Of a stretch of 21,942 bases of DNA, positions 9,283 to 16,011 are shown in pieces. The position numbers and the translations under genes were made by a program. The stretch's first letter is position 1. Each line of letters begins with the position of its first letter. This DNA comes from [Clostridium] fimetarium (GTDB lineage Bacteria; Bacillota; Clostridia; Lachnospirales; Lachnospiraceae): positions 1 through 21,942 of the forward strand of contig NZ_FOJI01000028.1 in the NCBI RefSeq assembly GCF_900111235.1, read 5' to 3'. Under the pieces are notes generated by a model. That model was not told the origin of the DNA. It did no database searches and saw nothing but the letters and a program-made list of their open reading frames with translations.

Positions 9283-9995
9283 TGAGAAATTTAATCGGTT
9301 TAGAATTAAAAAAGATAAAGAATACATTTGTAAATGGATTGGTCTTGATATCAATTCTAGCGCCAATATTAATGATAGTGCTGGTATATGCAGTCAGTAG
9401 TGACAAGACATTTTTAGAAGTGGTAATAAGCAATAGCGTGTATATTCAAATGATACCTTTTGCAGTGACAGTAATTTATGGGTGCTTCATAGTTACAAGA
9501 GAGTATAAAGAAAATATGATCGTATATCTGGAAATAACGCCGCAATCCCAGACCAAGATAATGCTATCAAAATTAATCGTGACGGTGCTTGAATTATGTT
9601 TGACGCAGGTAATTACATTTGTTTTACTATTTATAATAAATGCAGTGATTGACGGCTTTGATTTTGCGCTATTGATGAAATACGTAAAGGTAAGTTTGAT
9701 CAGCGCGGGCGCTCTTAGTGCGCTTGTACCATTGATTGTATTTATAAGTTTGGTGCGACGAAGCTTTTCGAGTGCATCAATTATTTTTTTGATGATATTT
9801 ATGTTTACATTTCCCTTTATATTTTCGGAAAATGGATATGTGTTTCCACACTTGCTACCTATGATTTTAGTGGCAAAGTTCTTCGGGAATTTAAGATATG
9901 ATAAGATAAGCTTTTTGTGTGGGGCGTTGGTGTTGACCTTGGTCGCAATGTTATTTTTATATTTGTCCATTCGAAAGACAAATAAGAAATATTAA
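9282..9995 (+). CDS. ABC-2 type permease (lantibiotic-immunity MutE/EpiE/MutG-like), 6 predicted TM
   Basis: Its ATG overlaps the ATPase TGA (TGATG), indicating translational coupling, with GGGGGA upstream. The ORF track's 9264 start lies inside the ATPase gene. The protein is hydrophobic and multi-TM with an N-terminus MRNLIGLELKKIKN typical of the family. Confidence 0.8.
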   Translation: MRNLIGLELKKIKNTFVNGLVLISILAPILMIVLVYAVSSDKTFLEVVISNSVYIQMIPFAVTVIYGCFIVTREYKENMIVYLEITPQSQTKIMLSKLIVTVLELCLTQVITFVLLFIINAVIDGFDFALLMKYVKVSLISAGALSALVPLIVFISLVRRSFSSASIIFLMIFMFTFPFIFSENGYVFPHLLPMILVAKFFGNLRYDKISFLCGALVLTLVAMLFLYLSIRKTNKKY

Positions 9996-10027
9996 TGATA
10001 TCTTTAGAAGAACTGGAGTGGTATAAT

Positions 10028-10747
10028 ATGGAAAGATATTTAAAAGCGGAAATTATAAAATTACACTCTTTAAGCATTTGGTGGCTAATCATAGCTGGGG
10101 CAATATTGCCAGGAACGATAGCTTACCTGACACTTTTTAATCAAGATAATGTATCGTGGCTTTCGTTTACTCATATGTGTTTGCTTACATTTAATATACA
10201 GTCACTACTTACTTTTTCAGCATTTGCATCCTATATATGGGCGAGAGAATATGAAGAAAACACAATGGAAGTGGTTTTGTGCTATCCATATCCAAGGTTT
10301 GTTATGATCTTTATGAAATTAGTGATACTGTTTTTTGTCATTCTAATTACGGGAGTGATGTTTTTTGTGGCAACTTTGATTGCTGGAAGAATGCTATTTG
10401 ATTCAATGATTCCAATGGAAATAATTGGAAAATTAGTGGTTGCTTTATTAAATACTGGGATGATGCATTTTTTATTGGTACCAATGTATTTGTGTATTGC
10501 TGTAATAACTAAAACATCTATATCGGGGCTTGTTTTTGGAATCGTAAATATGTGTATATGCATGGCGCTAGGTACCACAGGTTTTGTTCAATATATTCCG
10601 CAGTGTATTCCGTATGTGATGGGGGATAATCTTTTGGGCGTAAAGTCAATGACGGTTGATAATGATTTGGCTGTGTATTATACTTTGTTAATAGGCATAT
10701 TTATATTATTTACATTAATATCAAAAAAATTAGAACGCAAATTTTAG
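10028..10747 (+). CDS. second ABC-2 type permease of the same FEG-type transporter
   Basis: Preferred start is ATG 10028 (MERYLKAEIIKL...) with SD GGAG 9 nt upstream. Alternative ATG 9995 overlaps the preceding stop (TAATG). Multi-TM hydrophobic protein. Confidence 0.8.
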   Translation: MERYLKAEIIKLHSLSIWWLIIAGAILPGTIAYLTLFNQDNVSWLSFTHMCLLTFNIQSLLTFSAFASYIWAREYEENTMEVVLCYPYPRFVMIFMKLVILFFVILITGVMFFVATLIAGRMLFDSMIPMEIIGKLVVALLNTGMMHFLLVPMYLCIAVITKTSISGLVFGIVNMCICMALGTTGFVQYIPQCIPYVMGDNLLGVKSMTVDNDLAVYYTLLIGIFILFTLISKKLERKF

Positions 10748-10795
10748 GTTGAAGCATATATATAATACAGTAGGAAAAAATTAAGTGAGGGTAAT

Positions 10796-11902
10796 ATGGC
10801 AGAAAATTTCAATTTGGAAAGTTATTTGAGTAATGGAGTGGAAAATATAGTGAAAGGTGCCATAAAGGCTTCATTATCCAATCCGAAAGAGAGTATATTT
10901 ATTGCTAAGTATGCGATGTCAAGTAAGAATTCAAGAAAGCTACGCGTGGAAGCAGAAAACAGAGGTGAACATATACCTCCATTTTTAATTGCAAGTATAA
11001 CAAGTCAGTGTAATCTTCATTGCAAAGGCTGTTATGCACGAGGCAATAAAGCCTGTGTTGATAGGGAAGCCCAGAATCAGTTAACAGATCAAGAATGGCT
11101 AAGAATATTTGAAGAGGCTAAGGAGATTGGTATTGGATTCATACTTCTAGCGGGTGGAGAGCCATTTATGAGGCCGGACATTATTCGGGAAGCTGGTAAG
11201 ATACCTGAAATAATATTCCCGATCTTTACGAATGGAACAATGATTGATGATGGTTACATAAAATTATTTATAAAGCATAGAAATCTGATACCTATTTTGA
11301 GTATTGAAGGTAATGAGGAATATACAGATGCACGACGTGGTAATGGAGTTTATCAGAAGTTGATTGATGCAATGGATATAATGAAAAAGAATAAAATACT
11401 ATATGGTACCTCCGTTACAGTAACGAAGCAAAATCTAGATGAAGTAACGACTGTTGAATTTCTTGATGAGTTGTATAGCAGAGGATGTAAGGTGGTATTT
11501 TTAATTGAGTATGTCCCAATCAGTATGGATACACAGTATATGGCATTTGAAAATGAAGAGAGAGAAATATTAAAAGAAAAACTTGTGGGGTTAAGAGATA
11601 CATATGAAGATATGATCTTCATATCGTTTCCGGGAGACGAAAAGACATCGGGTGGATGCCTTGCAGCAGGGCGCGGATTCTTCCATATCAATTCCCATGG
11701 TGGCGCAGAACCATGTCCATTCTCGCCTTATTCTGATACAAACTTGAAAAATGTCTCATTGAAGGAGGCAATCAATTCTCCACTATTTAAGAATTTACGC
11801 GATAATAATTTGTTGATGGAAGAGCATGCAGGGGGCTGTGTTCTATTTGAGAGACAAGAACAAGTAAAGCAATTAATAGTGGAGACAAGGTCTGAAGTCT
11901 AA
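10796..11902 (+). CDS. radical SAM enzyme with partial SPASM / twitch-like C-terminal auxiliary-cluster motif
   Basis: CNLHCKGCYA places the CX3CX2C cysteines at residues 72/76/79. GGEPF is the SAM-binding glycine-rich motif. The C-terminal GGCLAAGRGFFHINSHGGAEPC matches the first half of SPASM (C-X9-15-G-X4-C), but the CX2CX5CX3C block is absent; a single further Cys lies in GGCVLFE. SD GTGAGGG. Confidence 0.85.
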   Translation: MAENFNLESYLSNGVENIVKGAIKASLSNPKESIFIAKYAMSSKNSRKLRVEAENRGEHIPPFLIASITSQCNLHCKGCYARGNKACVDREAQNQLTDQEWLRIFEEAKEIGIGFILLAGGEPFMRPDIIREAGKIPEIIFPIFTNGTMIDDGYIKLFIKHRNLIPILSIEGNEEYTDARRGNGVYQKLIDAMDIMKKNKILYGTSVTVTKQNLDEVTTVEFLDELYSRGCKVVFLIEYVPISMDTQYMAFENEEREILKEKLVGLRDTYEDMIFISFPGDEKTSGGCLAAGRGFFHINSHGGAEPCPFSPYSDTNLKNVSLKEAINSPLFKNLRDNNLLMEEHAGGCVLFERQEQVKQLIVETRSEV

Positions 11903-11974
11903 CAGTAATTATTATTTGTGCCTGTGGTACAAATTTTGATATGCACAGAAAAATAGGCGGTAACGGGGGGAATT

Positions 11975-12691
11975 ATGATAAAAATCGGGTTATGCGATGA
12001 TGAGACAAAATTTAGAGAAAGAGAAATAGAAATTCTTACAAAAGTACTCAACGATGGTTTCGAGTATTTAACATATGAGTTATGCGAATTTGAAACAGGA
12101 GAACAGCTTCTGTCTTATTATACGAAGGATGATATCGATATTATTTTGCTCGATATAGAAATGGGAAATGAACATGGGTTTGATGTGGCTTCAAAGCTTA
12201 TGAATATTAGAAAAGATACTAGAATTATATTTGTAACAAGTCATGAAAATCTGGTGTTTGATTCATTTGTATGTAGGCCACTTGGTTTTGTAAGAAAACG
12301 AATATTCGAACAAGAAATCCAGCTGGTTATGAGCCGTATTATAAAAAGCCTTATTGATGATAAAAAAATGATTGTGTTAGGGGAAGGAAAGGATAATATT
12401 CAACTTCTATTTAATGAGATACGAATGATAGACTCATTTAAGCATAATATAATTGTAAGCATTGAAAATAATGATATTACTTTGAGAGATAGATTATCAA
12501 GATTTGAAGATCGTCTGATTGAGGAGAATTTCGTCAAAGTTAACAAAGGCTGTTTAGTTAATATGAAATACATAAAAAAAATTGAAAACTTTGTTTTAGT
12601 CCTTATAAATGGACGACATGTGGTTATAAGCAGAAGTAAAGGAAAAGAAGTAAATAGTATTTATAAAAATTACATATGCAAAAGGGGATAA
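11975..12691 (+). CDS. LytTR/AlgR family response regulator (REC + LytTR DNA-binding domain)
   Basis: REC domain with the phospho-acceptor Asp in IILLDIEM. C-terminal LytTR domain FVKVNKGCLVNMKYIKKIEN...VVISRSKGKEV. SD GGGGGGAA. Confidence 0.9.
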   Translation: MIKIGLCDDETKFREREIEILTKVLNDGFEYLTYELCEFETGEQLLSYYTKDDIDIILLDIEMGNEHGFDVASKLMNIRKDTRIIFVTSHENLVFDSFVCRPLGFVRKRIFEQEIQLVMSRIIKSLIDDKKMIVLGEGKDNIQLLFNEIRMIDSFKHNIIVSIENNDITLRDRLSRFEDRLIEENFVKVNKGCLVNMKYIKKIENFVLVLINGRHVVISRSKGKEVNSIYKNYICKRG

Positions 12692-12697
12692 TGTGTA

Positions 12698-13975
12698 ATG
12701 ACAATCTTAAATATGTCAGTATTCATTTTTATGAACAACATACTGCAGGGGATATTTTGGATGTTGTGTGTTAATTCAATACTACAGGAAAAACATCATA
12801 TCTTAGCGAGAAATATATCTAAAGTGGTGTTAATTAGTATCGGAATAATAGGCTTCAATATTATAAATAACAAGCAGCATTTAATTGAAATTTCGGATAT
12901 TACTTTGATTATGTTTCTGACATTTTTAGTTTGTCTAATTCTTTATTATAATCAATTTCTTCTAAAGAGAATGCTGTATTGTATGGGAGCATTATCCTTA
13001 GTAGCAGCGCTGTTAACCGTCTATATGAAAAGTGAAATGATATTAGCTAGTTCGTTAGTGCTTTCGGTGTGGATTTTAACGAGCATTTATGCGCTAGGCC
13101 TGTTTGCTCAGAATATGAAGGCGCGGTTTAGCTGGAATATAGAGTACTCAGAATTTAGCATAATAATTGTAATCGTTGTCTGTTTAATATATTCGTTGAT
13201 TAAGGCTGTTGGGCACAATCAAAATAAAATAGATGAAAAATGGAATGATATGCAACTTTGTGTATGCGCGGTACTTTTGATCAATGTTGTATTTTATTAT
13301 ATTGCCGGAAGTATATATGAATTATTTGAGAAAAAAATCGAAATTAAACTAATGGAATTATCATATGAGAATAGTGAATTCAGTGCGGATAAGATAATGC
13401 ATATGCATGAAGAAGCAAGCAAAATGCGCCATGACATGAAGAACTGTATGGCGATAGTAGATAAATATATTGAACATGGAGATTATGTGGAAGCAAGAAG
13501 ATATATTTATACGCTAATGGAAGAAAAAATAGATGTTCTTGGAATTAAGATGTATTGTTCAAATAAAGTGCTAAATTACATAATTAATAATAAATTCGCA
13601 GTTTGTGAAAAAGAAAACATAGAAACAAAATGTATTATAAGTGCTAATCTTAAGTGTATATCTGATATTGATTTAAGTATATTAATTGGGAATCTTCTTG
13701 ATAATGCAATTGAATCATCTCAAAAGACCGACTGTGGGATGATTAATATTGAGATATATGAAGAAGAAAATATTACCTTAGTGATAGAGAATACGATTAA
13801 AGAAAGTGTGATACAAAACAATCAAATATTTGCTACAACCAAGCAACATAAATCGAAACATGGATTTGGGATGATAAGTATTAAAGATATTGTGAAAAAA
13901 TATAGAGGGACCATAGAATATAGCGAAGAGGGTAATGTTATGACTTGTCTAGTAATCTTGAAAAAAACATTTTGA
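12698..13975 (+). CDS. AgrC/ComD-like (HPK10 subfamily) sensor histidine kinase, polytopic N-terminal sensor + GHKL ATPase
   Basis: About 200 aa with 6-7 TM helices. H-box SKMRHDMKN, N-box LLDNAIESS, G-box GFGM. The start is 6 nt after the response-regulator stop, with SD AAAGGGGA. Confidence 0.85.
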   Translation: MTILNMSVFIFMNNILQGIFWMLCVNSILQEKHHILARNISKVVLISIGIIGFNIINNKQHLIEISDITLIMFLTFLVCLILYYNQFLLKRMLYCMGALSLVAALLTVYMKSEMILASSLVLSVWILTSIYALGLFAQNMKARFSWNIEYSEFSIIIVIVVCLIYSLIKAVGHNQNKIDEKWNDMQLCVCAVLLINVVFYYIAGSIYELFEKKIEIKLMELSYENSEFSADKIMHMHEEASKMRHDMKNCMAIVDKYIEHGDYVEARRYIYTLMEEKIDVLGIKMYCSNKVLNYIINNKFAVCEKENIETKCIISANLKCISDIDLSILIGNLLDNAIESSQKTDCGMINIEIYEEENITLVIENTIKESVIQNNQIFATTKQHKSKHGFGMISIKDIVKKYRGTIEYSEEGNVMTCLVILKKTF

Positions 13976-14014
13976 TTCTCATTCATTCTCATTCATTTTA
14001 GCATAAGAAAATAA

Positions 14015-14081
14015 CCGTTTGTGCCAAAAACATACAGTTTGTGCCAAGTATATATTAATTCCTTCGAAAAACATTTATAAT
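14015..14081 (+). promoter_or_regulatory. LytTR-type direct repeats (2x C(C/A)GTTTGTGCCAA, 20 bp start-to-start) plus a -10 TATAAT about 28 bp downstream; candidate response-regulator-dependent promoter of the C39-like peptidase gene
   Basis: Repeat 1 at 14015-14027 and repeat 2 at 14035-14047 are identical in 12/13 positions. The ACAGTTTGTG core resembles the AgrA/ComE-type 9-bp repeats with ~12-bp spacer. TATAAT lies at 14076-14081. Confidence 0.5.
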
Positions 14082-14184
14082 TATATAAATATTCGTTTAT
14101 TATTTATTTTTCTATTTGTGTCGCAAATGTACATGCTGATTTGTTATTACTTACAGAGAGATTAATAACTTGGGGGAACAAGAT

Positions 14185-15291
14185 ATGAAAAAAGGGAAGA
14201 TTGGCACAATCGCAGTAGGGGCGGTTGTTGTATGCATTACGGTTTCTTTGCTTTTGCAAAATGAAGTAGAGGGGAACTTATATGATATTAAGGCAAAGAC
14301 TTCTACTACGAAAGTAGAAGTGAGTTATGGTGCAGAGGCAGTGTCATATAATATTATGCGGGATAAGATGCTTTACATGGTATTGGTAAATAAGGATATT
14401 AGGGATACATATGTTAAGAATGTTATTCCACAAGTAGGAATACAAGTAGATACACAAGAATTAAAAGCAATAAGTAAAATTGCTGGTATTTTAGGTAATA
14501 ATGATAAAGAAACAACCTACAAGATAGTTACGACTAAGAGTGATATAGATGGTAAGATGTACCTAGCAGAGACAGCAACTAGTATTAATAAAAGTGTTGT
14601 GTCAGCCAGACGTATTGAACTGCCAGTTTCATATCTAAGTCAATACCCTGAATTGCCAACGGGCTGCGAGATTACATCTTTGACAACTGTTTTGAATTAT
14701 TTAAAATATAAGGTGTCAAAAGAGAATATGGCAGATAAATATTTACCAAAGTGTGATTTAGAGTCACGAGATTTTTTGAATTATTTTTTAGGTGATCCAT
14801 ACACGGATGGTGCATATGGTTGTTATTCAGCGCCTATTATAAAAGCGGCTAATTCTTATCTAAAGCAGCAAGGAAATCAATATACTGCTTACGATTACAG
14901 CGGAAGCGGATTTGGTACATTTTTAAAAGAAATAGAAGCGGGAAACCCTGTAATAATATGGTCAACGATGGATTTAGAATGCGCTTACGTATCAGCTGAG
15001 TGGACAATCAATGGTAGCGATGTGGCGTGGATTTCACCGGAACACTGTGTTGTAATGATTGGATATAATCTGGATGCCAATACAGTAACATTATCAGATC
15101 CAATGCAAGGTATTGTTACAGTTGATATGGATCTAGTGAATCTACGATATACACAAATGTGCAGTCAAGCAGTGGTTATAAAAGCTTATAGTAAAGCTGA
15201 TAACAATGCAACGAAAGCTACGGAGGCAATGACAAAAGCAACGACAAAAGCAACGACGCCAACGCAGGTGCCAACGAAAAAGACGAAGTAA
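14185..15291 (+). CDS. membrane-anchored/secreted C39-like (Peptidase_C39_2, YvpB-like) cysteine peptidase with T/K/A-rich C-terminal tail
   Basis: N-terminal signal-anchor KIGTIAVGAVVVCITVSLLL. Catalytic Cys in YPELPTGCEITSLTTVLNYL and His in WISPEHCVVMIGYN. Start ATG 14185 with SD GGGGGAA; the ORF track's 14170 is a TTG. Confidence 0.8.
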   Translation: MKKGKIGTIAVGAVVVCITVSLLLQNEVEGNLYDIKAKTSTTKVEVSYGAEAVSYNIMRDKMLYMVLVNKDIRDTYVKNVIPQVGIQVDTQELKAISKIAGILGNNDKETTYKIVTTKSDIDGKMYLAETATSINKSVVSARRIELPVSYLSQYPELPTGCEITSLTTVLNYLKYKVSKENMADKYLPKCDLESRDFLNYFLGDPYTDGAYGCYSAPIIKAANSYLKQQGNQYTAYDYSGSGFGTFLKEIEAGNPVIIWSTMDLECAYVSAEWTINGSDVAWISPEHCVVMIGYNLDANTVTLSDPMQGIVTVDMDLVNLRYTQMCSQAVVIKAYSKADNNATKATEAMTKATTKATTPTQVPTKKTK

Positions 15292-15513
15292 GGGACGCGC
15301 TACGGCCCATATAAAGGGGACGCGCCACACCCCATATAAAAGGGGACGCACCACACCCCATATAAAAGGCACGTTCATCGGTTAACGGACGGTAGGCTCA
15401 AATGTTATGCTTTCTAGCTGACACGTAAAAAGATACGTGTCGCTAGCCAGCACAACATTTGAGCCTACCGTTCGTTAAACGATGTACTTAGCCTTTTATA
15501 TGGGGTGTGGCGC
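15292..15513. repeat. GC-rich palindromic repeat element: 3 tandem copies of a ~26-bp unit (GGACGCGCCACACCCCATATAAAAGG), a ~48-bp-arm imperfect hairpin, and an inverted copy of the unit at the far end (MITE-like or structured RNA)
   Basis: The element starts immediately after the peptidase stop. Tandem copies lie at 15292-15369. Inner hairpin arms at 15391-15426 and 15435-15469 extend with mismatches to 15379-15481. ccttttatatggggtgtggcgc at 15492-15513 is the exact reverse complement of gcgccacaccccatataaaagg at 15322-15343. GC content is far above the surrounding ~30%. Confidence 0.6.
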
Positions 15514-15705
15514 TGGTTGTTTAGAAGGGCGGTAAAGTGCGGAATAAGCGTAGCGACGGGAGGGCGTTAGAGGCGATATAGGGTTCGATGGAAGGGGGCG
15601 TTAGCATCGAATTAGCGTAATGTCGTTGGAATATTAATACGGAGTCCCCCTTGGTTGTTAGGTGAGAGGTGGAGGCTTGGTAGAGGGTGCTTGGCTTTTT
15701 TTATT
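15514..15705. other. GC-rich non-coding segment with dispersed direct repeats (GGGCGTTAG x2, AGCGTA..CG..GG x2, GGTTGTTTAG/GGTTGTTAGG x2), ending in GCTTGGCTTTTTTT
   Basis: Read directly from the sequence. There is no ORF with a plausible start or SD. The purine-rich, GC-rich composition is atypical for this genome. Confidence 0.4.
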
Positions 15706-16011
15706 CATATTTATTAAAGATGCGAATATAAATAATATTGACCTATAAATAGTGGTGATTTGAGTTTCGTGTCTACGTTAGCATATGGAGGGTGAAAAAT
15801 GAGCTTAAGGGAAGATTTTCATCATCTTTGAGGCTTGAAAAGACATGCTACTGCAAGGAAAGATAAGGCATATGTGTAATTGCAAATTATTATTCAATAG
15901 ATACCTTAATTTATTGTAGGATTTAGTTGAATTATAGGAGAAGATGGAGTAAAATTAATTTAATTCAAGACTTGGATAGTAGAATACTATCAAGTGAGAA
16001 AGGGGAACATA

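Noticed and set aside
13976-14010. Direct repeat TTCTCATTCA x2.5 after the histidine kinase stop as a terminator
   Set aside because: It has no dyad symmetry, so it is not a hairpin. It is a likely slippage-type microsatellite of no obvious function.
15560-15600. tRNA-like T-arm (GGTTCGATGG) in the GC-rich region
   Set aside because: A complementary T-stem, acceptor stem or anticodon arm cannot be built. The match is a coincidental pentamer.
15845-15919. 24-aa ORF MLLQGKIRHMCNCKLLFNRYLNLL as a possible precursor peptide
   Set aside because: No Shine-Dalgarno precedes it (ttgaaaagacATG), and there is no leader/core organisation. It is located after the GC-rich element, away from the radical SAM gene. 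Kept only as a negative note.
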